A DNA stretch of 64,000 bases from Bugula neritina. Taxonomy: Eukaryota; Animalia; Bryozoa. The translations under genes were made by a program, and so were the position numbers. Below, piece after piece: positions 24,614 to 45,643 of the stretch; position 1 is the first letter of the stretch, and each line of letters opens with the position of its first letter. The stretch covers positions 13,340,698 to 13,404,697 of the forward strand of contig OZ037765.1 of the NCBI GenBank assembly GCA_964035545.1. The letters are read 5' to 3'. The notes under the pieces were generated by a model. It had not been told where the DNA came from, did no database searches, and saw only the letters and a program-made list of their open reading frames with translations.

Positions 24614-27600
24614 TTGTGACAAATACCTATTGTCTATTTTATAATTGTATATGTGGTTTATTTGTATATAAGAAGTTTGTTTACTTTGATGTGTTATTTA
24701 AATAATACTTATTAAAACATATAAATGTAAATATACAGATTATATATGGAGCTATTTAAATTACAGTCCTTGATTACAACAGAAGAATTCAGATGGCAAT
24801 GCATTCCTTTGCTCACAATAAACATTCAGTAGAACTGCTATTCTTGCAAACAAAGCTATCATGCTTTATGGTGTATAATTAATATTTCTTGAAACACTTA
24901 GTCACAAAAGAAGAGAGAACTTTGCAATACTAAGTGGGTACAAACTCTATTGAATAGCTGGAGGCCGAGTCGTTGCTTGTCACCTCATCATACACTCGCA
25001 TCTCCTAAGCTTCACATTCATAACACGAAAATACATGTGACTAAACAGTTTCATTCAAGTACTTACTGATTCCATTACAGTGATACGGTCAATTAGAGAC
25101 ACAAGGAGTCTTCAGTTACTGATGCCACGAGTCCTCTATTTGTTCATTATGTTTCATTTAGATTAATACAATTGCACATCTGACTTTTACACACGTCTTT
25201 ATAAAAAAACTACTTGACGGTGTTTATTCCAACATGTGCATCTTTACAATTGATTAGAGAATTTCTTGCTCAACTCAGTTTTAACAAATCATTTTTGTTG
25301 ACAATAAATCTAATGATTGCTACAATGGTATTTACCACACAATGTACTAAATGAGTTGTTTTATTACTAATTTAGCAAACGAGGGGCAGGATGAACTCTT
25401 TGAGAAACCTCTTGTAGCTCAGTGAACTTTCAAATACTTCAAATCTAGTCACCTGGTTAACAATCAACTTGCTACATGAATAGTTTTTTCTAAATATAGT
25501 TTTCTTCTGTTGGGGATAAATTAATTCTATTACCAAGATAAAAGTTTTCATGGTAGCAGTCTTTGCTAGCAGTAATGTAGAAAAAATTGCAAGTCTGCAA
25601 TATGGAGACTCCTTTAAAACGAATACATTGTGCTATGAATAGCTTTAACGTACTGGTACTCAAAATGGAATGAAATTTATGTCTGAAACATATGTGTTTT
25701 GATTTTAAAATATTACTGTAAGGGTATAGACACAGCAGTCACTCGTTTTGTAAATTCAACTGTTGTTATCTCACAAACCTTCCTTTTGCTTCCAATTAGA
25801 AACTTACTGCTAGGTTAATTTAAATACATCTGGAATTTATATGAGCCATGCTAACCAATATGGGATAGAAAATCTTTTTTGGAACAAAGTTTGCAAGACT
25901 GTAGATATGCTTTCAAATACATTATGTTTATTGAACACTTTTCATTAGCTGTCAAAGTACCTACTGTAAAAATATTAAATTATTTCGATTGACCTGCAAT
26001 CAGCTAGAGACTGGAATCCTCAACATTTCAATTTATAGCAATGACAAATTTAATTCGTAATAATATGTTTAACCAGATTTAAAGTTTCTGATAGTTTCAA
26101 TATCCCCAAATTTATAGCTTTAAAAAACACATTTAATCTTCATTACAATTATATCATACAGTTTAGTAAAGTGAGAAACCTACAACCGCGGTAACAGTGG
26201 GTAGTGACTTCAATGTTGAAAAGCTAGGCTACAAAAATAGTAAAACACATTAAATTTCTAAATGAAGTATATATACAGTAGTTATTTGACTGCAGTGCTA
26301 AAAAAAAATAAGACGTTATAAAATTATATCAAATTCTCTGCAAATATAAAAATACAAAGGTAAAACAGAATCATGTTTATTGTGGTTAGCAATTTAATTG
26401 CAAAACATTGTAATAAATGTGTATGCTTTGTCTTAATACATCTTATAATAAAAAATTCTAGTTATTATCTAATGATGACACAAAATCTTATAACAATATT
26501 AATATACATTGAAAAAAACAGAAAAAAAATAATATACTGCTAACAATAACAATAGTGATAATGACAATAGAGTCACAATACTAAGTAAGTCAAAGAAAGC
26601 AAAGAACAAAACCTGTCACAAATTTAATATAAGGCAATATAAGTAGCAGCAGAAATTTAGCAGTTGACTGACTTAGTAAACTTATTATAGATTAAATTTT
26701 GATTGATTCAAAACAAAAGAAATTGGTTCTGTGTCAGATTGTTATAAATTTTTCAGCGCGCTTAACTATTTTCTTAGATTATATTTCTTGTTGTAGATGT
26801 GAGTTCATTTACAAAAAGTTTGTGAGCCAAACATCTAAATTGAGTTATTATACATATTTGCAAGACTTATACCTTACGCAAAAACATCATAATATGCACA
26901 AAAACACCAATTTGTAAAATTACGTAACTAGAATATGCTAGTCTACCCAACATTTGCACCCAACTTGGCCAGACATTTAATGTTATTTAAAAGGTTGTCT
27001 TCAGAATGTCCCAACAAAGCTCATACATAATTTGTATTCAGATTATCAAATCGATTAGGGCTGCTTCAAAAATTTTGCATTGACTAGAAACAATGAAATG
27101 CTGTTGCACTCTCTTGTAATATTTTACAGCAATTGCCCATATATCATGGCATCAGACACAATGTAGCAATTGGAATTACATGTATTGTGTCTGTCAAATG
27201 ACACTTTTAATTGACCAATGAAAAGTATGCTTACAGTTGAATCCACCAATAGCTACTGCATATGCCTAGATATGTTTGCACTTGAAGTAAACACACATAT
27301 GGTACATTTATTTTGACTCTAATATAAGTGAATGATTTTAAAGAATTACCAATCTTCCGCTTATTTCACAAAGTTTCACTAACTTATCTGATTACCTTCC
27401 ACCTTGTTAGAGCAGTATATCTACAGACGAGGGATTTCGAGGCATCAATTTATTTATGAGGTAAAATTTAAAACAAACATTTAAATAAATCAAAGCTTTG
27501 TTAATATACATGGCAACAGTTAATAAAGCTGCCTATATTCATATTCACTTTTTTTTATTATTCAATCTCATAACTTGAATTAGCTTTTTTAAAAGTAGGT

Positions 27601-30600
27601 ATTTTACAATGTAAGTTCTAGCTGTAAAAGGTGTTGAATTCGTTGTTTGCTGTAGTCTGTTTAATTAGTGTTAATGTAGGCCCGATTCTTTTATGTCTAA
27701 TTTACTTGTTGCTTATGGAAAGTAAACAGGTTGAAACATCTAAAACCACTGCTAAACCCTAAACATAATTTCTATGTTTAAGGGCTTATCATAGTATTGA
27801 CCAAACTTAATTAGAATAAAGTTTCCATTTCATTTGGCAGGCAAATATCAATTACTACAATTTACTATTGTTTTCATTTTTGTTAGTGTTATTATAACTA
27901 CTATTACAGAAAATTGTGCAAAAGCAGAAGTTATATCATTACTCACTTCATTAATTAATCATGTAACATTCAGTATATTATTTGCTGGAAGTAAATGTGA
28001 ATACTGCTCCATATTACCGTGACATATGATTCTGTATGCCTGGTTAGATGCAGAACCAAGTGATTCTTGACTTATCTTCCAGTTGGATAAGGTTATTATC
28101 AATTAATCAACACATTCAATCCTCATAGCTGAGTCTGTCACTGCATGTGAAACAATTAATAAAAACAATTGATTAATTATTATATAAAACAGCGTTGAAT
28201 TTTCCTCCGTCTGGGGAGGCCAGTCAGTGCACAGCTTTTCACTTTCAATGGCATTCGTTACATTGTGTGGCATTCATCTAACATTACCAAAAATATTTTT
28301 TTCTCTTATGAAAGGTTCGGTATTATCAAGGAGTACCAATTCACACCTTTTTATTATTCTAGCTATTGATATAACCACAACTTGTGATGCCTTTTATCGA
28401 CGCTTTTGTATACACCAACAAAGCCCAACAAGAGGTTTTTGATAGCCATCTGTGAGAGAGTATGTTGATAACACGAGGCGATAACTACCAGAACAATAGT
28501 CAGCCCTTCATGGGAAGAATAGAAAAATTTAGCCTATACATATGTCTAGCTTAGTTTGTTTGGGTTTTTGATGTTGAAGTTATGCTATTCATACGCGTAA
28601 TGTCAATAAGCCAATTGTTTAAAACTCAAACTTAGTGCGGCATTTTACAAAAAGATGGTGAAAGATTGCTTGGCTAAATTCAGTCTCATTCTCATAGAAT
28701 ATGTAGAATATTATATGCTCTATTCAGCTTAATAGTTATATATCTATAAGTGCACTAAAGCTTGTAGGTGCTGCATCAGTCTGTGATAAACTTTAAACTT
28801 TATTGCTGAAAAAATGGATGGTGTTAGGGATGACAAATATACTACTAGGCTTATAACAGTCTGTAGCAGGTGCAGTTATACTGAATGAACTAGTTTATAC
28901 ACAATAAAACAGTACTTTACACATAATTTGATATGTTGACTTGCTGAGTATAAAAGTATAAAAAATCATCACAAATATGATCAATTCTCCAACAATGCTA
29001 ATTCTGCCGAATGCCCCAAGCTGTGCAAGGAATGCTCATTGCTTTTTATCAACAGTCAAAAACATATAATATTATTAGTTTTAGAAATTTTGAGAAACTT
29101 TTCATTTTTTCTTTAATTGAATTTTATTCAAATTTTGGCATGCATATATGGTGCTTGTAGTATAGCACTTGAAAATAAAATAATTTATTTTATAGGTTGA
29201 AATTATGTTTATGAAATAATTTTCCAATATTGCAGGTCAATTCTATATTTAAACATTTTAAGATAAAAAATGTTAGGCGTGTAGTCACCTGCAAAAGACA
29301 GATCTATATTTAGACCCGCAGCTCGCAAGTGCACATTCGTACAATAATAATAGTTTTGTTTGTTTAGGCTCTACTTTTTTATGTTCAATTCATTTAACAA
29401 GTTCAGTAAAATTTTAAAGGCTGTAAAATGTGCACTGGTAATCAAATGCAAATGGCATGGCATATATTTGTATTAGTGGCTGTGAAAATATTCATACATA
29501 AAAGAAAGTCAACTGTATTATTTAATTTAAAGCTTCTTTACAACTATTCTATTGCAATGATTTCTAAATAATCGTGAAAGGTGCGATGAAGTGATAAAGT
29601 TTAACTCATAGAATGTAGCAGATTTTATATTTTTCATGTGCGCACTGACTTTGCTCTCAGTCCGTGAATCAATTTTACAGAAGTAGACATTTATAAATAC
29701 TTTTATAGATTTGTAATGTCTTAAGCTTTCATTTCTATCAGCAGTTCTCAGTGCACTTGAATCAATACATTTACAAATACAGGATAGATTTTCTGCTATC
29801 TAGAAGGAAAAATCTTATGAGTGCACAACGAACTTCTGTTCAAGTTATTGTAAAGACTGTATATTACACATGAAATACCCATGTCAATCCATGTGTATAC
29901 TGTTGTTGGTGTGTAGCCTACAGCATACATACCAAGTTACAACTTTAGCATTGCTGTAGTTTCATACATATAGGCCTATAGCTTTATACTATATGAAATT
30001 GAGTTGCTTTGCCTTTTATTTTTTATTCAAGACACCCAACACCTTTAAAAGTGTTAAGTTCCACTAACTCTCCACAATTCTTCAGCCCTGTGTGATAAGG
30101 CCCTATTGCTTGCATACATATTAAATATAATATTAGTGTAGACACAAGAAGTTTACACATAATACCTTGTAATAAGAAACTGATGTATAACTGTAACTTG
30201 ACTCTCATATTGTAACTAGTGTAAAACTTTTTCAATATATAATAGTAAGCTGATCCAATCATTCATCATTTGCTATATTCATGATATTTTCTTTGTTGTT
30301 TTTCAATGCTTAAATTCTCAGCTTAGCATTATTTTGTAACGAAATTATTATTTTTGTTTATAAAACTGACACGGTTTTGATTTGGTTAGGCAAGGTTTTC
30401 GCATGAATTAATTGTGTCGCGTGTTGTTAAGTCATCTGTAGTGAAAGTTTGTCAAATTATAATGCCCCATTAATTCTCTCCTCCAGCCTCAATGATCTTC
30501 CAATTGATTGAATTTACTAGATTATGTGGTCATTGGTTTTAGGTGACTTGATAATTTTCTCTCATCAGCGTTAGAGCGGAAGTAATACATTATCTGCATT

Positions 30601-33600
30601 ACACAGTACATTACTAGTTCCCACATTGTAAACATTTGCTCATTCCAGCTTAATCAAACTTCTGCCATAGAATCAGAGCTATTTAGATACTTGCACTAAA
30701 CATATATTAAATAATTTGAATTTATATTCACATGGGATTTATAGAGCTCATGGCAAAACAGTGATACCTTGTAGCAATTGGTTTTAGTTATTCCTCTTTG
30801 GCTTATTGTGAGCATAATATTTATAAGCTGCATGCATACATTGAAACTTGTACTTTAAAGGAAACGGTGGTATCCTTTTAGCCTTTCATAAACTCACATG
30901 CACTAGAAATTCTTTCCAGTTAATTTTTACAGTAATTAGCACACAAAGGCATCTTTAGAGGTGAAACTTTCTATCACTTGTCTCTGTATAGCACTATAGG
31001 TCACTGGAGCTGGAAATGCTACACTACACATCGCAGTCTCCAGGCGATGTGTTGGTATACATCATAAGTAAGTTTAGTAGTTTTCAATTGAGGCAAAAAT
31101 TAGCAGACCCATGGTTTATATTAAATTTATTATAGTCGTAAGAAAAATAATTTTGCTGTTATACAATATTGGCTGAGTACATTTTGCAATAATCATTTGC
31201 CTATGCCAATATTACCAAATCAAATAACAAGGAAAGTATTCAAAATACAAAATGTTTATTTATATTTATTTATTCCTACAAGGGCTAGGTCTGACTACGC
31301 CTACAGTGTGAGCTCCTTACAACACATTTTTCACTGTGACACTAGTAAGAATAAGCTATTCACAATGTAAACTTGAGGCCTTAAAAAGGTAACAAAAAGG
31401 TTTGGAACTAGTTGATATGTAATTCATGGGTATTGTAAATACCATAGACTAGTGAAGTTGCATTCAACTTGAATGTAAGCAAGCAATGACAGTATTGTCC
31501 TCCGATAAACATTTTAAATACAGCGCTGAGTTCTTTTATGTTTTGATTGTATATCATAGCTGACAGGTGATTGGTGGCTGACTGCAGCAGATCCACATTT
31601 AGTTTTAACTATTATTATCTCGGCATTCTCACACCTCACTGCCTTGGAATCACTAATCTAGTTAAATTTTTCTTCTGCCTCATTGAATAAATCAACAAGG
31701 CTTGTGTACTGATTTCGCTGCCCATAGCGGCAGCCTTCGTCTCTGATAATATTTATTAGCGATATACCCAGCAAATATAAGTAAATTTATTACTAATTCT
31801 CTGGGATAAATTGGCTTAAAAGGTAAGTTCAATAATATAATTAGCTGCTCACTGAGTTTATTTTTAAAAGATATCAATTAATTAGTTATGGCTCTGCATA
31901 TTAGATCATTGATCATTCATTGATGGGAAGCTTGAAATGCTTATTTACTCAACTGTGAAAAGAGACTCAATCTACCAGATGATGGAAGATTGCAGCTATT
32001 TTCTTACCATACCAAGTCCTTTTATTAATTAGACTAGAGACTACTTTAATAGTTATAGTGAATAGAGAATAATATGCATTCTCTTGGATTATAGAGTGCA
32101 GCGAAAAGATCATCTGCTGTTCCTCCATGCAGCAAACTCAGCTGAATGCTACAAAGCAAAATGCCCTGTTAACCGCCTCATTATTTTTGTTGAATGCAAG
32201 TACTCGTAAAAGTAAAAGAATGGAGATTATAAACTATTTATAATGCGAGTTAAACATTTAACTTCTAGGCATTAACTTTATGGTTTTACTTAACTTATGA
32301 ATTTTAGAATTAAAGATTATAAGTTAAATCCAACTGCAGTATATTAACAGTGTATACATATTACAGATTCCTAATGCATATTTGTTGTCTATGAGTTGGC
32401 AATTAGCACCTGGTGACTTTTTTCTTTATTGTGACTGTTACACAGGAGCTTTATAGACTGAATTGTTGGGAAGTTTTATCTAACCATGAATAAGTATGGT
32501 AATCCATCTTTTATACGTTGTCTGATAAATATTTCACACTTTGTATTGGGGACATCTCTTGCAATATAAGGTGCTATTAAAAGTGCATATTGAATATATA
32601 AAACTCACATAGCATAATATTTCTGCTGAGTATGACTAACAGAAACACTCACACAACTGAATTATAGCTGATTACAGATTGAGAAGATGTGCCGCATGCA
32701 AACAGTACTGTGAAAATTGCATCAACTCACCTTTAATGGCTGTTCCCACTGCAGATAATTACTATTGTTAATTGCTGGAGAAGAATATCAATGTAAACAA
32801 TAATATATTTCTAGTTTTCTATGTAAGTGAACATAATTCAGATACAGAGTAGCAGGTTGATTGACTTCAAATTTCATCTCCGTATACCTGAAACAAACCA
32901 GGGATTTTATGGCCAGAATACATCATACTATAGGCAAGCATTATGTAAGCATCCTGTGCAAGCTATATAAATATCTACTGAAAAATAACCTAATAGAGAC
33001 AAATAGTGGATGCCTAAATATTGAATTGCTGAGTTTTCCAAAAGAAGCTCCGTAACAGTACAGAGACATTCACTAGTATATTTTTACTTTAACTTTTGAA
33101 CTTTAATTGTTGTCCACTTGAGACGGGCTTAGCACTGAGTAGCTAATTATCATCTGGGTATATGTGCTCTACAGGTAAACTGCACATAGTCATGTTCCTT
33201 GGTATAAATCTCAGGCCGATGATTGTTCTAGTTCAACATGTAATCAATTATCTTGCACTCACAACAAAACATTGCTTTAGTTTGTCCAATACACATTTTC
33301 ATTGGGGAGTAAAAAGACTGCTGTATAGCGTTCTATTCCTTCTACTTTTGTTCTTTTGTTATTTAGTAAATAATGTGTGTTTAGCTCAGCTATAATGTAA
33401 TTCAAAGCTTGTTGCAACTTTTTACATGCTTTTCAATATTATAGGTCTGCATGTCCTTCTTGAGAAGGCATATCTCTGCGCATATGATTATAAAATGTTT
33501 CACATATATATCATTAGCTTCAGCGGACACTTGCTAGACTTAGTATATATAATCTTCTAAATTATTGCTCCTAGTTTATAATGATTGTGAGGGCAGCTGC

Positions 33601-34179
33601 CTATGTTGGGTAGAGACATGTTTGATGGCGTAGTAAAATGAGATTCTATAGGAGAACTATTTAAACAAGAAATAAATGAACTATAATATACGCTAAAGCA
33701 ACAACTATGTCCATTTTCTATTTTTTCTATATAATATTTCAAAAACTTGTAACTACATTAAATTGTTATGTTTAGCCCTATGCATTTTTATATTTTTCTA
33801 CACAAAATATTTCTGTTTACAGTGTACATTATATTAACCAAGTTAAATGTCCAAAAGCTTCCCAACAAAGTTTCAACTCACAGAATAGTAGGTGGCTTTT
33901 TTGTAAGAGTAAATGGGTCTATTGGACACGCCTACAATATTTTTGCTAATGATCTACATAGTTCAAAGGTGACAAATTAACATGGGCCCAATGTGAAAAT
34001 ATGTTATATATTATATTATAATATAACATTGTTTATGTTATATTATATTATATTATTTATGTTATATTCTATTATATTATTTATGTTATATTATATTATG
34101 TTATATTATTATGTCATATTATATTATATTATTATTATGTCATATTATATTACTTATGTTACAATATTTATGTTTGCAG
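24614..34179. promoter_or_regulatory. TOP3B 3'UTR plus long gene-free interval upstream of Pax6; likely Pax6 promoters, non-coding exons and enhancers
   Basis: ~9.6 kb with no recognisable coding exons, against a few kb or less between the other genes. This is typical of developmental transcription-factor loci. Confidence 0.5.
34003..34160. repeat. (TTATA/TTATG)n low-complexity tract
   Basis: Visible pentamer runs; source of the spurious ORF at 33993-34190. Confidence 0.8.
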
Positions 34180-34277
34180 AACTTTGCTGAATGACTTGCG
34201 AGAAAAGTCGTGAGTCAGCCTATAAATAAGAAAAGACGGAGTCTCCAGAAACCAACAACAATAAGCCACTTGGCACA

Positions 34278-42478
<8,201 letters not shown>

Positions 42479-43453
42479 CTGTGTCGTTATACTACCTTTA
42501 GCTGCTTCAAGCAATCACACATATGCTCAAGATTCTATATCTCTATCACTTTATACTGGCTCAGCTAACTCCTGAACTATAGGCTATTAATTTTATAACA
42601 CGTATTACAACGCTACTCTATGAGTTTTTAGGAAATTTGAAGAAACAAATTATATACAAATTGAAAGTATATATGCTACATATCATACCATGTATGAATA
42701 TTATTATTATTATCATAAAAATTATAATTAGTGACACGTTTATAGTATTGTTGAATAGTTTGGTAGAGACAGCTATACAGTTACTACTCAGTAATTGAAC
42801 TGTAATGAGCACCGACTTGTTACTTTTCCTGTCTGTAATCAAAAAACAAGTTTTTACTGTTTTGTTATTTTATTGTTGATGTTTCGGTAACAATGACTAT
42901 CGCTATGTATTACTCACATTATATTTCAATAACCTGCTGTTTGTATTTCTTTATAATAAGAAGGTTGACTGCTGTTTCTTGCCAATATTTTGCTATTTTT
43001 TTCTGATGTGTGCAAAGCGCAATTCTATTACTCTAACAATGTACACAATGTTTTTGTGTAGCCTCTGCATGCTCTAACTTCAATATCATTGTGTTGTATG
43101 TACAAAATTCCTAACTATTTTTTCATGCTGTTGTGACATTTAATTTTTTTTTCTTTTTTAACATTACTTGATACAGACATACTCAATTCTGTATATAGAT
43201 GTATGATATATGCGCCTCTGATAACTGAAAAGTTGCATACACTTTTGCTATCACTGTTTGCGCCATTAAATATTTTAAAACACTCACTTTATTAACGCTA
43301 TTATTTATTAATTATTGTATTATATTGTACACTGACCAATTATAAATGAATATGTTGAAGTAACATGGTGTAAGTATGTTATTTATTTGTATTGAAATAC
43401 CGGTAATTATTTATAATGCATTTATATTTTGTTGCTGGTGAATACTGGTTTGC

Positions 43454-43459
43454 AATAAA
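43454..43459 (+). terminator. Candidate Pax6 polyadenylation signal
   Basis: AATAAA ~1 kb after the Pax6 stop codon, followed by a T/GT-rich tract. Confidence 0.4.
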
Positions 43460-43619
43460 GAGCACTACAATCAATTACTTTCTGATGTTTTTGTGAGGAA
43501 AATTTAGTAAGCGTGAGTAGAAATACTTTTTGACCAATAAAGAGGTTAATTTAGGTGTTGCAAATCTTTGAAGTTAACAGAGCAGAACTTGTTAATTATT
43601 ATTCAAGTAATTAGTCTGT

Positions 43620-43842
43620 TGCATAATATATGTATATAGTATAATATAATATATGTATATAACAAAATATAGTACATGTATATAATAAATAATACTTTAT
43701 TATTTACATATATTATATTATAATATATGTATATACTAAAATACGATATATGTATACCTATAATAAAATACAATTTATGTATATAATATAATATATGTAT
43801 ATAATGTATACCACATGTATATAATATAATATATATTATATC
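43620..43842. repeat. AT-rich low-complexity tract
   Basis: Degenerate (TA)/(TAA)/(TATG) runs; explains the spurious ORF at 43603-43953. Confidence 0.75.
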
Positions 43843-45564
43843 ATAAACTCTGTCAGCAAATGTCAGCAGAGAAATTTCAACAGTCTGCATGACACATAAG
43901 AATGATGCTGCAAACAATAAAATACACTGTAGTTCCATGGATTGTTTACACACACAATATATTATTCTTAGTGCAGTACTCGTAATCTTTGTTCGGGTGT
44001 ATTGCTCAGAATTACAACTTACCTGTCCATATCAGATATGAAATAGAGTGTTGCTAAATGATCTAATTAATATAGAGAAACAAAATAGCCGTGGTTATCT
44101 CAACCAGTGTTTAAAAAGACAAGGATAATATATACTTAAAAAACTACCTACAGTATGTTATGTGACCCATATATTTTCAAGGTTATACTTCATGTGTTTG
44201 AAAGAGATACACTTGCTCTAAATCTACTCTCTACACTTTGTTGAAAGACCTGCATCAAAAGGACTAAAGATTGGAGCAACACAGAAGGTTTAGGTTGCTG
44301 TCACAACTCTTGTTACTTTGTGTAAAATTTCTTTACTTATACAATTTAATATATATTTCAGAATGTTTAGGATTTTCATCAATCATTATTCATCTAGTAA
44401 TATGCTGAAAAGAATTTGTAGTTCTTTGCAATAATTATAATGAAATTGGTTAATGGTGGGAAAATCACAACTTTATATTTTTGACATCTATGCATGTTTA
44501 TAAAGGTATCTCTGAAATATTTGAAAGACAAAAACAAACAACAAAAGTTTGTATATTTTTGTTGTAAGTTTTTCATTGCATATTAAGTTATTTTTTGATT
44601 ATATTTGTAGTGGTTTGTGTTAAAAAAATTCCTAGAGTAAAGAAAAGTTGTTTTTCAGCCCATTTTTAACCATGCGCCTTTTTGTTAAGCCCATTATTTT
44701 AGCTATTTAGTACACGGAATATTCTAAAATGTACTCAACTTGCTCACTGCTATTAATTTAAAATGTACGGCTAGACGAGTATTACAAAAGTACTATAGGA
44801 ATAGTTCTAGTTAATATTTATGATTTGATTGCCATGTTTTTGAGCAGTCGCTGTTTGCTGAAAACAATGTTTAATGTAGGCTATAAAATACAGCACATGC
44901 AGCATATACTATATATTGGTAATCTGTATGATCTATACATGATATAAATATTATTGGAATATACATTCTATATCAAGTGGTTATGCTCTGAGAGTTTGCA
45001 CTTTGTCATTTGTTAAATTTATAAGCCTATTCGGATATTTAAAAACAGTTTTAAATAGCCAAGTTAGCAAATGATGTGCTTTGTGACAATATAATAAGCT
45101 TTAGCATAACACATTAGGCCATATGCGGAGATAAAAGCAAGGAGTTATTTATTAAAGACTGTTTTCAGTCAAGTAATGCATTGTCATTATATGCAGAAAA
45201 ATATGCTATACATAAACTAATATTACTAACATATATACACCATAATACAAACAATAATATAGATGGCTTTGAAAGCTAGCACCATCAAAATATATATACA
45301 AAATGAAGAAAGCATTCTATCAGAATTAAGATGCGAAGTATATTCATTACAAATTGACATCAAAGTTAAAAATCTTTACACAAAGTTAAAAAACAGGCTG
45401 GTTAACAGAGCAAAAAATATATTATCTACATATCTAACAATAAAACATGTTTACATAACTGGCCACACCTATTAACATAATAGTTCATTAATACTGGATA
45501 AGAAGCGAAATGGGTTTTTAGTTAAAATAACAGTATATCTAATCTTTGATTTTAAGCAACTTGA

Positions 45565-45570
<6 letters not shown>

Positions 45571-45639
<69 letters not shown>
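45571..45639. repeat. (TA)n microsatellite immediately downstream of the ANKS1-like stop codon
   Basis: About 32 TA units with a short interruption. Confidence 0.95.

Positions 45640-45641
<2 letters not shown>

Positions 45642-45643
<2 letters not shown>

Noticed and set aside
24700-33990. Many 60-80 aa ORFs upstream of Pax6
   Set aside because: Composition (I/L/F/Y/K-rich) is what random AT-rich DNA gives, and I found no consistent exon chain.
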